Assembly (NCBI GenBank): GCA_963719315.1
Contig: CAVRBU010000006.1
Span: 1 to 64,000 of the forward strand
Source: an uncultured Planctomycetota bacterium
GTDB taxonomy: Bacteria > Planctomycetota > Planctomycetia > Pirellulales > Lacipirellulaceae
Reading direction: 5' to 3'
Length of the DNA: 64,000 nt
Of this stretch, positions 34,117-44,935 are shown piece by piece. The translations under genes were made by a program, and so were the position numbers. The notes below the pieces were generated by a model, which saw nothing but the letters and a program-made list of their open reading frames with translations, did not search any database and was not told where the DNA came from. The first letter of the stretch is position 1, and each line of letters opens with the position of its first letter.

Positions 34117-34892
34117 TACTCACCTCGCTTCGTGGGATTGCGACCGACGAACGGATACTGCTCCAAGTCGACGACGCTGCCGCTAATCGGCCGGCTTTCG
34201 TCGGACAGCCAGTACACGGCGGCCGCGGCGATTTCTTCCGGCTTCAGCAGCCGGCCCGATGGCGCGAATTGAGCGGGAACATTCTCCGGCCAATTTGCCG
34301 GCAGACCATCCTTGAGCTTGTATTGGTACTCGTTGGGCGTCAGCACCCACCCGACGTTGAAGTGATTCACGCGTACTCCGTCGTAACACAGGGCATCGGC
34401 CAGGTTTCGGGACAGCGTCAGGAGTGCGCCTTTCGAGACGCTGTAGGCCAACAAATTGTTTTCGCCCGTGTAGGCATTCATCGATCCGATGTTGAGCACG
34501 CAACCGCGAGACTTCAGCAAATGTGGCAACGCAGCCTGAATGAGAAGCAATGGCGCCCGCACGTTGGTACTGATGACTTTATCGAACAATTCAACGTCAG
34601 TTGTATGAATATCGCTGCGCACAACCCAAGCGGCGTTGTTGACGATCGCATCCAGCCTGCTGAATGTGGCCAGCGACTTGACGATCAATTGCTGCGGAAT
34701 TTCAGGATTTGCTAAGTCGCCCTGTACAAAGGTGGCGCGGGGTTGCAATTCGGCGGCAATCGCTTGGCCCCGTTCGATATCGCGGCCATGCAGCACGACG
34801 CTCGCCCCCTCCTGCCATGCACGGCGCACGATCGCTTCACCGATGCCGGTCGTGCTGCCCGTTACGAGGATGACCTTTTCGTGGAGTCGCAT
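34116..34892 (-). CDS. Short-chain dehydrogenase/reductase
   Basis: TGSTTGIG, NNAA, YSVSK. Confidence 0.95.
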   Translation of the reverse strand: MRLHEKVILVTGSTTGIGEAIVRRAWQEGASVVLHGRDIERGQAIAAELQPRATFVQGDLANPEIPQQLIVKSLATFSRLDAIVNNAAWVVRSDIHTTDVELFDKVISTNVRAPLLLIQAALPHLLKSRGCVLNIGSMNAYTGENNLLAYSVSKGALLTLSRNLADALCYDGVRVNHFNVGWVLTPNEYQYKLKDGLPANWPENVPAQFAPSGRLLKPEEIAAAAVYWLSDESRPISGSVVDLEQYPFVGRNPTKRGE

Positions 34893-35117
34893 GATTGAGA
34901 AACCGCAGTATGGGTGGCCGGATGCACTGTTTTCCATTCATAGCAGCTTGATTTGCCTGACGAGCATGGGCAAGTAGTCGGTGCAATTATGGGCTAAATC
35001 TACCGATCCGTGCATGCCGAAATTTTGCCGTGGAATGCCATTTTCTGAGACGAATCTGGTAGAATAATCGGTATCTGCCAGACCCCCGCCTAGAGACAGT
35101 AGCCAGACTGCCCCGCC

Positions 35118-36863
35118 ATGCTGATGGGAAGCATTCAATTTGTGCGCCGCATATTCTGCGGTGGAGTGATTGTGCTGGCGTTTTGCAGGCCGAGTCGGGG
35201 AGGGGTCGATTTCGAGAAGGAAATCAAGCCGATCGTCGAGTCCGCTTGCCTCAGTTGTCACAATGAGGCCAAGGCGGAAGGCGGCTTGCGCCTCGATTCG
35301 CTCCCGGGTGCAACGGCAAGTAACGAGCACGATCCGGCAATCGTTCCCGGCGATCCCGCCAAGAGTCCGTTTTATACGCGCGTCGTATTAGATGCTGGCG
35401 ACGAGCAGATCATGCCGCCCAAGAGCGCACCGTTAGACGAATCGCAGACTAGTCGGCTGCGAACGTGGATCAAGGAGGGTGCGAAGTGGCCGAAGGAAAT
35501 CAAGCTTGAAGTGCGAAGACGAATCGATTTTGTCGACCAAGTTGAGCCAATTCTGGAAATGAATTGCGTTGCGTGCCACTCGAACAAGAATGCAGAAGGC
35601 GACTTCAACCTTTCAACTCGCCAAACGGCGTTCGAGAGTGGTAGCGCCCCGCCCGCCATCGTGCCGTTCGATCCCGAGGAAAGCGCGCTCTACAAGCTGG
35701 TGAGCGTAACGAAGGATGATCCAACGCTGATGCCGCCGGTCAAGGAAGGCGGGCCACTCACCAGAGAAGAGACCGACACATTGCGACTTTGGATCGCACA
35801 GGGCGCCATTTGGCCAAAAGAAACGGCGCTTCAGACACGACCGAAAAAACCAGCCGGCAATCTTAATCCCGATGATCTAGCCCTGGTACATAGAATTCAC
35901 GACTTGATCGTCGCCCGCACAAACAGCGAAAGCGAGGCCGGTTTCGCCAACTATACTGCCAAGATTCCTCAAACCGGCATTCCGTATCGCATGGTAGCGA
36001 TCAAGGGTGGCGAGTTTTCGATGGGAAGCCCCGAGTCGGAAAAGGGACGCGAGCCGAGCGAGGGGCCGCAGGCGGAGGTCCAGGTATCGTCGTTCTGGCT
36101 CGGCAAGTGCGAGGTATCTTGGGACGAATTCGAGCCGTTCATGATCACGCGATTCGAACGATTCAAGAACGGCGCACGTAAGGATTATGATCCGGCGACT
36201 CACATGATCGTCGACGCGGTGAGCGGCCCCACGACCCCCTATGCGGACATGACCTTTGGTATGGGAAAGTTGGGGTTCCCCGCGATCTGCATGACTCAGC
36301 ACGCTGCCAACAAATACTGCGAATGGCTCAGTGCGCAAACGGGTCATTTCTATCGACTTCCGACTGAGGCCGAGTGGGAGTACGCCTGTCGGGCGGGAAC
36401 GAAGACCGCCTACTCGTTCGGAGACGACCCGAAGGACCTTGATCAATACGCCTGGTATAGTGCTAATAGCGAAGAGAAATCCCACGAAGTGGGCAAGAAG
36501 AAACCGAACCCGTGGGGTCTTTACGACATGCACGGCAACGTGATGGAATGGACGGCAGACCAGTTCAACCCGAACTTTTTCGAGTTGCTTCATGGGCACG
36601 CCGTGAACCCCTTTGGGCGGCCCGAGGCGCTCTACCCCCGCAGCGTGCGGGGCGGGAGTTGGAACGACGATGCCGAAGCCCTTCGTTCCGCCCGCCGTTT
36701 GGGCTCCGACGCAAGTTGGCAACAGCAGGATCCGCAGCTACCCAAGAGCATCTGGTATCTTACCGATGCGCCTTGGCTCGGTTTTCGTATCGCTCGCCCG
36801 GTGGAAGTGCCATCGGTCGAGGAAATGTATTTCTATTGGAATAGCTCCACAGGCAAGTTCTAA
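35118..36863 (+). CDS. Two planctomycete cytochrome c domains fused to an FGE-sulfatase (SUMF1-like) domain
   Basis: CLSCH, CVACH; RLPTEAEWEYACRAG, GLYDMHGNVMEW, GFR. Confidence 0.9.
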   Translation: MLMGSIQFVRRIFCGGVIVLAFCRPSRGGVDFEKEIKPIVESACLSCHNEAKAEGGLRLDSLPGATASNEHDPAIVPGDPAKSPFYTRVVLDAGDEQIMPPKSAPLDESQTSRLRTWIKEGAKWPKEIKLEVRRRIDFVDQVEPILEMNCVACHSNKNAEGDFNLSTRQTAFESGSAPPAIVPFDPEESALYKLVSVTKDDPTLMPPVKEGGPLTREETDTLRLWIAQGAIWPKETALQTRPKKPAGNLNPDDLALVHRIHDLIVARTNSESEAGFANYTAKIPQTGIPYRMVAIKGGEFSMGSPESEKGREPSEGPQAEVQVSSFWLGKCEVSWDEFEPFMITRFERFKNGARKDYDPATHMIVDAVSGPTTPYADMTFGMGKLGFPAICMTQHAANKYCEWLSAQTGHFYRLPTEAEWEYACRAGTKTAYSFGDDPKDLDQYAWYSANSEEKSHEVGKKKPNPWGLYDMHGNVMEWTADQFNPNFFELLHGHAVNPFGRPEALYPRSVRGGSWNDDAEALRSARRLGSDASWQQQDPQLPKSIWYLTDAPWLGFRIARPVEVPSVEEMYFYWNSSTGKF

Positions 36864-36916
36864 CGACTTCCGGTGAAGCCGCCCTGGGAGCTCGAACAAA
36901 ACAAAAAGGTTAACTC

Positions 36917-38308
36917 ATGAGCGAAAAACATCACCAATCAGACCGTCGAGAGTTCATCAAGATGGCCGGCGCGGCAACGGCGCTGACGGCGCTCAATGTG
37001 CCGCGCGTTTTCGGCCAGGCGGGCGCGAATCATTCGCTGCAACTAGCCCTGGTTGGCTGTGGAGGACGTGGCACTGGGGCGGTGGTCGATGCAATGGATG
37101 CGGCCAGATCGAGCTACCCCATCAAATTGGTCGCGATGGCCGACTTGTTCCAGCACCGCCTCGACGAAAGCTTTAATGCGCTCGGTCAGCGATTTCAGGC
37201 GACGCCCGAACTCGTGGCGGTCCCGGAAGATAAACGCTTCGTAGGATTCGACGCCTACAAGAAAGCGATGGACGTGCTGCGTCCAGGCGATATCGTGATC
37301 TTCGCCACGCCGCTGGCGTTTCGCTGGGTTCACTTTCAGTACGCAATCGACCGCAGTCTGAACGTGTTCATGGAGAAGCCGCTGGTGGCCGATGGACCAA
37401 CCGCCAAAAAGATGTTGGACTTGGCGAAGAAAGCGGACGAGAAGAATCTGAAGTGTGCCGTCGGTCTCATGATTCGTCACTGCCGCGCTCGCCAAGAGCT
37501 GCACAAGCACATTAGCGACGGCGAAATCGGCGACTTGATCGCGATGCGAGCCTATCGCATGCACGGTCCCGTGGCGACTTGCTTCTCCAAGAAAAAACCG
37601 AAGGACCGCGACGAACTGCCCTGGCAAATCGAGCGATTTCACAGCTTCTTGTGGGCCAGCGGCGGGTTGTTCAACGACTTCTACGTGCATCAAATCGACG
37701 AAGTCTGCTGGATGAAAAACGCCTGGCCCATCAAGGCCCAGGCATTGGGCGGTCGCCATTACCGCGAAGACTATGTCGATCAGAATTTCGACAATTATGC
37801 CGTCGAGTATACCTTTGACGACGGCTCGAAGTTCTTCTTCGACGGGCGGACGATGATTGGCGCTCGAAACGACATGTCTAGCATCGTGCATGGCACCAAA
37901 GGGTCGGGCATCGTGAGCACATCGGGCCATCATCCCGGTAAGTGCCGAACATTCAATACTCAAAAGCAAGATCGAGAGTCGACTGCCTGGACATGCCATC
38001 AACCCGAGCAGAATCCGTACGTGCTCGAATGGCAGGACCTGATCGAAGCCATCACGAAAGATAAGCCTTACAACGAAGTGCCGCGCGGCGTCGAGGCTTG
38101 CCTGGTATCGAACATGGGACGCATGGCGGCTCACACGGGGCAGGAGATCACGTTCGATCAAATCGTAAGCTGCCCTCACGAAATGTCGCCTGGCACGGCC
38201 GACTTTACGATCAAGGGACCGGCGCCAGTGATGCCCGACGCCCACGGCAAGTATCCTGTTCCGCAGCCCGGCATCGTGATTGATCGCGAATACGCCACGA
38301 AGGTTTAA
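36917..38308 (+). CDS. Tat-exported Gfo/Idh/MocA oxidoreductase
   Basis: DRREFIK, VGCGGRG, MEKP. Confidence 0.9.
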   Translation: MSEKHHQSDRREFIKMAGAATALTALNVPRVFGQAGANHSLQLALVGCGGRGTGAVVDAMDAARSSYPIKLVAMADLFQHRLDESFNALGQRFQATPELVAVPEDKRFVGFDAYKKAMDVLRPGDIVIFATPLAFRWVHFQYAIDRSLNVFMEKPLVADGPTAKKMLDLAKKADEKNLKCAVGLMIRHCRARQELHKHISDGEIGDLIAMRAYRMHGPVATCFSKKKPKDRDELPWQIERFHSFLWASGGLFNDFYVHQIDEVCWMKNAWPIKAQALGGRHYREDYVDQNFDNYAVEYTFDDGSKFFFDGRTMIGARNDMSSIVHGTKGSGIVSTSGHHPGKCRTFNTQKQDRESTAWTCHQPEQNPYVLEWQDLIEAITKDKPYNEVPRGVEACLVSNMGRMAAHTGQEITFDQIVSCPHEMSPGTADFTIKGPAPVMPDAHGKYPVPQPGIVIDREYATKV

Positions 38309-38324
38309 GTCCGCGCAGACGTGA

Positions 38325-39002
38325 TCAAAGCGGAGTTTGATAGCGGTTTGTGTCGAGAGTTGGTGCGCCGCGCCTTACTGCGCCGAATCTGGCGGGGCTG
38401 CGAATCCCGCGCGCTAGGGCGGAAAGATAGTCGTCCTCATAGTTGAGGTTCTCAAGTGTTGCGAGCTGGGGATCGACGGCCCGCAAGTCGTCGACGGGAA
38501 TTTCTCGCGTTCGCACTTCGTCGAACAAAAAACGCGGTCGCATGCGTTGCTCGACAAGAAGCTTTTCGACGTGCGGGAGTGTCGCGGGGCGATAGACGGC
38601 GGCCAGCGGATGATGGAATTGGCCGTCGAAGGGAACGGCGATGTCGAAGTCGGCGAGCAATTCGAACATCCGATCAACAAACGCCGGAACAAGCAACGGA
38701 ACGTCGCATGCGGTAGCGTAGACGGCGTCAGCATTGCCGGCGAGAGCGCGTAGGCCTGTCGCCAATCCTTCCAGCGGCCCGCGATATGCGTGTTGATCGC
38801 GAGTAACTAGGACGCCGGGAGGAAGCTCGGGCAACCGCTGAATCGCTGCGGCGACGACTACCACGTTCTTGAGATCGACCGCCTCACCGATCAATCGCAC
38901 GACGCGTTGCAGCATTCGCTCAGGCCCGAACGGCAACATCGCCTTATCGCGGCCCATCCGGCTCGATTTACCGCCGCAGAGAATCATGGCCGCTGTTCGC
39001 AC
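38325..39002 (-). CDS. mobA: Molybdenum cofactor guanylyltransferase
   Basis: LCGGKSSRMGRDKA, GPLEGL, ACDVP, NLN; exact 3' end uncertain. Confidence 0.9.
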   Translation of the reverse strand: MRTAAMILCGGKSSRMGRDKAMLPFGPERMLQRVVRLIGEAVDLKNVVVVAAAIQRLPELPPGVLVTRDQHAYRGPLEGLATGLRALAGNADAVYATACDVPLLVPAFVDRMFELLADFDIAVPFDGQFHHPLAAVYRPATLPHVEKLLVEQRMRPRFLFDEVRTREIPVDDLRAVDPQLATLENLNYEDDYLSALARGIRSPARFGAVRRGAPTLDTNRYQTPL

Positions 39003-39039
39003 AGTAGTTCATTCCCTACCGGCATGGTCAAGGAGAAGG

Positions 39040-39118
39040 CTCACGGAGAGGCGCAGATTTCGCCGAGAGCGATGCTCTAGGACGAAATCCTCCGCGCCCT
39101 CTGCGCCTCTGCGTGAGA
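39040..39118. repeat. Intergenic inverted repeat built from short CTCTGCGC units
   Basis: CTCACGGAGAGGCGCAGA ... TCTGCGCCTCTGCGTGAG. Confidence 0.55.
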
Positions 39119-39294
39119 CTCTTACATTTTAACGACACGGCACGAATGCATAACTTGGTTCCGGCCAGCCGCCGGGCCAAGATTTTGGTATTCTCTGTGG
39201 CTTGAATATTCTTGATAGAAGTTACTGACACAGCTCGTCATATCTCGCAATTCACTTGCCATTGAGAGAATACTAATCCTATGATCGTAGACCT

Positions 39295-40122
39295 ATGCCG
39301 ATCAAGCTGACCTATCTCGGCGAAACTTCAGTACCTGTGGAAGTCGAAGGGCTGACTCCCGACTGGACGTGTGACAAATCGCTGGCCGAGATCGAGCGAT
39401 TCGATATTTTTCACGGCAATCGCAAGGTTCGACTGGCGGAAATGTTCGCCGTTGCCGGAGGCGTTGGAGACAAGCGGATTGACTTCGAAGGGAATCTAGC
39501 GGGCGTGCATTGGATCGGCGCCCACATGCGGAGCGGCCAGATTTACGTCCGCGGAACCGCGGGGCGGCATGTGGGCAGTGAGTTGCGGGGCGGTGAGATT
39601 CGCGTCGAGGGCGACGCCGGCGGTTGGGTCGGCTGCGAAATGCGTGGCGGGCTAATACACGTGCTGGGCGACGCGGGGCACATGGTCGGGGCCGCGTTAC
39701 GAGGCTCGGCAAAGGGGATGACGGGCGGAACGATTCTCATCGACGGAAACGCCGGCAATGAGATCGGATTTTCGATGCAGCAGGGACTGATTGCGATCGG
39801 CGGCGAAGCGGGCGACATGCTCGGCTACAACATGACGGATGGAACAATGCTCGTGATGGGTAACTGCGGCAACCGCCCCGGCGCCGGCATGCGCGGCGGT
39901 ACGATCGGTCTATTCGGCCAGACGACGCCCGCCATCCTGCCAAGCTTTCAATTCAATCGCACGTCGCAACCCGACAAGTTCCGTCTCGTGGTGCTCGACT
40001 TGCGCAGCAAAGGATCGCAAATGGATGATTCGCGACTGCCGGCTGAAGTCGATGTCTATCTCGGCGACCTCGTGGAGTCAGGCACCGGCGAAATCCACGT
40101 GCGACACGTCGGGGCTACCTAG
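39295..40122 (+). CDS. fhcC: Formylmethanofuran dehydrogenase / formyltransferase-hydrolase subunit C
   Basis: GxxMxxG beta-helix repeats; GNRKVRLAEMF. Confidence 0.85.
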   Translation: MPIKLTYLGETSVPVEVEGLTPDWTCDKSLAEIERFDIFHGNRKVRLAEMFAVAGGVGDKRIDFEGNLAGVHWIGAHMRSGQIYVRGTAGRHVGSELRGGEIRVEGDAGGWVGCEMRGGLIHVLGDAGHMVGAALRGSAKGMTGGTILIDGNAGNEIGFSMQQGLIAIGGEAGDMLGYNMTDGTMLVMGNCGNRPGAGMRGGTIGLFGQTTPAILPSFQFNRTSQPDKFRLVVLDLRSKGSQMDDSRLPAEVDVYLGDLVESGTGEIHVRHVGAT

Positions 40123-40125
40123 AAG

Positions 40126-41407
40126 TCATTCCAAGCGACTTGAAATAGCGGTGAGCGCTTCATCGTCCGTCAGGTAGGTTGACGAAATGAGCCGACGGAG
40201 AGGGATTGGCACATCATCCATGCGATATGCAGTGCCGGGCGCGTGTATGCCGTAAATTGCTGTGGTGATTTGGACCGTCGATTCAAACGGAGGCCGTGCG
40301 TTCGGATAGTCCAGGGCGATCGTAGGCATTTGCTCGATGGCGCAACGCGCACCGGGCGACAACGCGCGGCAAGCTTCGCTGCCGACGAGGAGACAGGTGT
40401 CTACCTCACCGCGCTCGAGCAAATCGTTCACGGAGTATTCGCCTGGATTGTAGCGGGGATAGCCGCGCCATGTTCACGGCAAACGGGAATCCGGTCAGCC
40501 AAGTGAGAACCACATCCGCGCCCGGAAGGTCGGCCCCATTTCCGAGCCCACGAGCGGTGAAGCGCGTCGAGACGTTGAGGTCCGCCACAAGTCGCAACAG
40601 CGCTTCGATCGTTGTGTGGCCAATGTTGCTGTGCGCCAAGCCTGAACCGTAGAGCACGGCGCCGTATCGACAACTCGACATCTGGCTGGCAAGTTGCTGA
40701 AGTTGCCGATGAGCAACGCCCACATCACAAGATGCCTGGAGTTCGATCCCGCGCAGCAACTGCCGAAGTGCCCAGATCACTTCGAAATTCGCACCGCGCG
40801 GGACTTTGATGAATGTGTCGGCGAGCCGGCTGGTTGCGGTGACTTCCGTGTCGATCACGATGAGTTGCCGATCCGCGCGACCGCGCGGAATAAAAAGCCC
40901 TTTGGTATCGACGCTATAGCGCTCGAAATGCCGCGGATGGCTCACGACGGGGTCGGCGCCCCAGAAGATGACTAGGTCCGCCCGATTGCGAATTTCGCCG
41001 AGCGAGCAGGTTGATTGGCCCGCTTGCTGAAGCGCCATGATCGACTCGCCATGACCGATCGAGGCAGCCGAATCGATTGTGGCACCGATCAGTTCGGCCA
41101 GCAGTACGGCGGCCCGTTGCCCGGCAGTGCTGCTCCGCGAGAGTCCCCAGATGAGCGGCGCTCGGCTATTCCGTAGAATCTCGGCGGCTCGCTCAACTGC
41201 TTGCGCCAGCGGAACCGCCTTGCCAACGATAACGGCCGGTGGACGCGCGGGAGGTTCAGTCAGCGATGCAAACCATGGCTCAGCAAGAGAGCACGCTCCT
41301 TCCACGTGCGAAATGCGGTCGCTGGAAACGGTCACTCGCAGATCGTCACAAACGCAACCACAGACGGTGCAGGCCACGTCGGAGTAAATCTGTGGTGTCG
41401 ATGACAT
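40126..41407 (-). CDS. fhcB: Subunit B homolog (FwdB/FhcB), frameshift near 40450
   Basis: CTVCGCVCDD, LGEIRNRADLVIFWGADP..SHPRH, GTAYRMDDVP. Confidence 0.8.
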
Positions 41408-41634
41408 CAAGGTCGATGGCTCGATGGGTGCAGTGCCACGGCTCGCAAATTGCCGGCGCTCAGCGGTACGACTATCATCGTATATCCAGCGGCTTGGCTC
41501 CAGGGCCGCACGAAACGAGAGAAATGACCAATGTCGACTGTTGCAATCTGCTGATTGGTCATTGATGCTTCCGTTCTCCTTGCCTGTCGTGCCGCCGTGA
41601 TTCAAATAAACCGACTTTTTCGCCTCAACTTTGC

Positions 41635-43299
41635 ATGTCGGATCTGATCAAAATCTCCCAGGGCACGGTCTACGATCCGGCCAACGGCATTGACGGCGAG
41701 ATCCGCGATCTGTGGATCGCGGGAGGGCTAATAGTTGCGGCCCCCGCCGAGCCGGCGACGCGCCCCACGCGCGAGATCGACGCTCGGGGATTGGTCGTAA
41801 TGCCGGGGGGCGTGGATATGCATTGCCATATCGCCGGGCCCAAAGTTAATGCCGCCCGCAAAATGCGGCCCGAGGAGCGGCGTAATTCGCAAGTGCTGCA
41901 TCGCACTTCAAACACACGTAGCGGCACACTAGGCAGCGTCCCCAGCACGTTTGCCACGGGTTACAAGTACGCCGGAATGGGCTATACAACCGCCTTCGAC
42001 GCGGCCATTCCGCCGCTCGGCGCGCGACACGCCCACGAGGAATTTGCGGACACGCTCTGCATCGACAAAGGGTTTTATGTCCTGATGGGCAATAACCATT
42101 ATGTGATGCGCTCGATTCAGGAGAAGGAACCGCAGAAACTTCAGGCGTTTGTGGCGTGGCTATTGGGTGCTACGAAGGCGTATGCGCCGAAGCTCGTAAA
42201 TCCGGGCGGCGTGGAGGTTTGGAAGAGCCAACGGGGAGGCAACGTCCACGGCCTGGACGAAACGGTGGATCTCTTCGACGTCACGCCGCGGCAAATCATC
42301 AGCGGCGTGGCCCAAGCTGCTGGTGAGCTGCGCTTGCCGCATCCCGTGCATATCCACTGCAACAATCTGGGCATGCCGGGCAACTGGACGACCACGCTGG
42401 AAACGATGAAAGCTTTGGAAGGCCGTCGCGCGCATCTGACACACATTCAATTCCACAGCTATGGCGGCGGCGCCGGTGATGAGAACACGTTCAACAGCAA
42501 GTCCGTTCCGTTGGCCGAGTATGTCAACGCACACAAGAATGTCACGATCAACGTCGGCCAGGTGATGTTCGGCGAGACCACGAGCATGACCGGCGACAGT
42601 CCCGTCGGCCATTACCTGGCGAGCATCTTCAAAGGCAAGTGGTTCAGCAGCGATACGGAAATGGAAGCCGGCTGTGGCGTCACGCCCATCAAGTATCGCA
42701 ACAAATCGCTCGTCCACGCGCTGCAATGGGCGATAGGGTTGGAGTGGTATCTACTGGTTGAGGATCCGTGGCGCGTCGCCATGAGCACCGATCATCCGAA
42801 TGGCGGTTCGTTTCTGGCCTACCCACAAATCATTCGGCTGTTGATGGACCGCACCTACCGCCAGGACGTGCTCAAGAAGTGTCCCCCCAAGATTGCCGAA
42901 CGCTCGACGTTGGCCGATCTCGATCGTGAATACACGCTAAATGAGATCGCTATCATTACGCGGGCCGGCCCGGCCAGGATTCTGGGTCTCAAGAACAAAG
43001 GCCATTTGGGGCCTGGCGCCGATGCCGATATCACGATCTACACGCCGCACGAGAACAAAGAGACGATGTTCGAGCTGCCGCGGACCGTTATCAAGTCGGG
43101 CCGAATGCTGATCGATAACGGCGAATTACGCGACCCGTTCGTCGGCAAGACTCTGCACGTGGCGCCAGATTACGATTGCGATGTTGAAACCGACATTAGG
43201 GAGTGGTTCGAACAGTATTATTCGATCCAATGGCGCAATTATCCGGTTGAAGACTGCTACCTGCACGACGCGGAAGTCGTCCCCGCCAACCGTGCATGA
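41635..43299 (+). CDS. fhcA: Subunit A (amidohydrolase)
   Basis: GGVDMHCH, KLVNPGG, HIHCNNLG, HIQFHSY, STDHPNGG. Confidence 0.92.
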   Translation: MSDLIKISQGTVYDPANGIDGEIRDLWIAGGLIVAAPAEPATRPTREIDARGLVVMPGGVDMHCHIAGPKVNAARKMRPEERRNSQVLHRTSNTRSGTLGSVPSTFATGYKYAGMGYTTAFDAAIPPLGARHAHEEFADTLCIDKGFYVLMGNNHYVMRSIQEKEPQKLQAFVAWLLGATKAYAPKLVNPGGVEVWKSQRGGNVHGLDETVDLFDVTPRQIISGVAQAAGELRLPHPVHIHCNNLGMPGNWTTTLETMKALEGRRAHLTHIQFHSYGGGAGDENTFNSKSVPLAEYVNAHKNVTINVGQVMFGETTSMTGDSPVGHYLASIFKGKWFSSDTEMEAGCGVTPIKYRNKSLVHALQWAIGLEWYLLVEDPWRVAMSTDHPNGGSFLAYPQIIRLLMDRTYRQDVLKKCPPKIAERSTLADLDREYTLNEIAIITRAGPARILGLKNKGHLGPGADADITIYTPHENKETMFELPRTVIKSGRMLIDNGELRDPFVGKTLHVAPDYDCDVETDIREWFEQYYSIQWRNYPVEDCYLHDAEVVPANRA

Positions 43300-43340
43300 C
43301 CAACTCTTAGCTCGTAGTCGTCGCGACTTAGTTACAATAG

Positions 43341-44123
43341 TCAGGTCTGCGGGGCCGCCGGCTTCATATGCATCACCCAGTCATAATAGTCGCGCATTTT
43401 GAGTTGGCTGGCGGCTGCCTCGTCTAGAAAGACCATGGCCGAGGGGTGAAGCTGCAGCGCGCTGGCGGTGACCATCGACGTGACCGGCCCTTCGACCATT
43501 TGGGCCACGGCCTGTGCCTTATTCGCCCCATTGGCGAGCAGAAGCAGCGTCCGCGCTTCGAGGATCGTGCCGACCCCCATCGTGATGGCATAGATCGGAA
43601 CATCCTCCGCCCGATCGAAGAACCGGGCATTGTCTTCAATCGTCGGACGGGCCAATGTTTTCAACCGCGTTCGCGAGCTAAGCGAGCTGCCCGGTTCGTT
43701 GAAGGCGATGTGACCATCGGAACCGATGCCGAGGATTTGCAGATCGATGCCGCCGCATTCTTTGATTCGCTGCTCGTACCAGGGGCAAAACGATTTGTAA
43801 TTGCTCGTCGTGCCGCTGGGGATATAGATGTTGCCGGGTGAGATATTCACATGCCGGAAGAAATTCTCTTGCATGAAATGGTGGTAGCTCTGCGGATTGG
43901 TCGTCGGCAGGCCCACATATTCGTCGAGGTTGAATGTCGTCACCTGGGCGAAATCGAGTCGGCCCTCGCGGTGCAGGCGGACGAGCTCCTTGTATACACC
44001 GAGCGGCGTGGAGCCGGTTGCCATCCCCAGAACCGCGTTTGGCTTCGCGTTGAGCACTTCAGCGACGATCGCCGCCGCCGACTTGCTCATTTCCTCGTAG
44101 GTTGGCAATGCCACGACTTCCAT
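43341..44123 (-). CDS. nagB: Glucosamine-6-phosphate deaminase
   Basis: GMATGSTP, FNLDEYVG, GIGSDGHIAFNEPG. Confidence 0.95.
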   Translation of the reverse strand: MEVVALPTYEEMSKSAAAIVAEVLNAKPNAVLGMATGSTPLGVYKELVRLHREGRLDFAQVTTFNLDEYVGLPTTNPQSYHHFMQENFFRHVNISPGNIYIPSGTTSNYKSFCPWYEQRIKECGGIDLQILGIGSDGHIAFNEPGSSLSSRTRLKTLARPTIEDNARFFDRAEDVPIYAITMGVGTILEARTLLLLANGANKAQAVAQMVEGPVTSMVTASALQLHPSAMVFLDEAAASQLKMRDYYDWVMHMKPAAPQT

Positions 44124-44329
44124 CGATATCCCTTTCACGCGGAATAATTTTCGAGCAGCTACCGTATGTTCGCAATAAATCCGGCGTTCTGCCAGTGGCC
44201 GTCGCACGTAGGGAATTCTCGCGTGCACTGACATTTACCATATCCGGCCATCTGGGTTAGATTGCTGCAAAGTTAAGCGTGGACCACCAACAGATTTAGC
44301 CAAGTACATTCCATTCACCGGGAGCCATC

Positions 44330-44935
44330 ATGAAGCGCTTCATTTGTTTCAGCATCTTCGTTGCGATCGTATTAGGCGCCAGCGCGTTGCACGAACAGCT
44401 CTCTGCGCAGCAGTTGAGCGATGTGCCGACGGTCGCCGAAGGGCCGGCCGTAATTTCGCCGACGTATATCGCGATTCCGCCGCGCCAACAGGAAGTGATT
44501 ACGACCGCGCCCTCGCTCCAGCACGTTTGGGTTTCAGGCCAATGGGAGCGGACGCCGGCCAGTTGGACCTGGAGCGCCGGTCACTGGGTGCAACCGCCGT
44601 TCAGCAACGCGTACTGGGTGCCCGGATATTGGAAGCACCACAGTGGTCGATACGTTTGGCAGCCGGCGCATTGGGGGGTGGCGAATCAGGGCGTGATCGT
44701 GGCCAAGCCGGTGGCCGTGCCGCCGATCTATGCGGAGGTTCAACCCAAGGCCCCGGCAGGCGTCAGCAATCTTGTGTGGCAACCAGGGTATTGGGAATGG
44801 CGTGGCACGTGGGTGTGGGTGCCAGGCGAGTACATTCAGACAACGACGCCGAAGGCCGTTTGGGTTGCCGGCGCATGGGAGGCGACTGTGAATGGTAGTT
44901 GGCGTTGGAGCCCGGCGCATTGGGCCGTTGCTTAA
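44330..44935 (+). CDS. Secreted YXWGXW (WxxGxW) repeat protein
   Basis: Signal peptide and repeated WVSGQW / WVPGYW / WQPGYW units. Confidence 0.85.
   Translation: MKRFICFSIFVAIVLGASALHEQLSAQQLSDVPTVAEGPAVISPTYIAIPPRQQEVITTAPSLQHVWVSGQWERTPASWTWSAGHWVQPPFSNAYWVPGYWKHHSGRYVWQPAHWGVANQGVIVAKPVAVPPIYAEVQPKAPAGVSNLVWQPGYWEWRGTWVWVPGEYIQTTTPKAVWVAGAWEATVNGSWRWSPAHWAVA

Noticed and set aside
37043..38245. Long antisense ORFs here and at 45706-46650 and 53473-54771
   Set aside because: Shadows of well-supported genes on the opposite strand in GC-rich DNA
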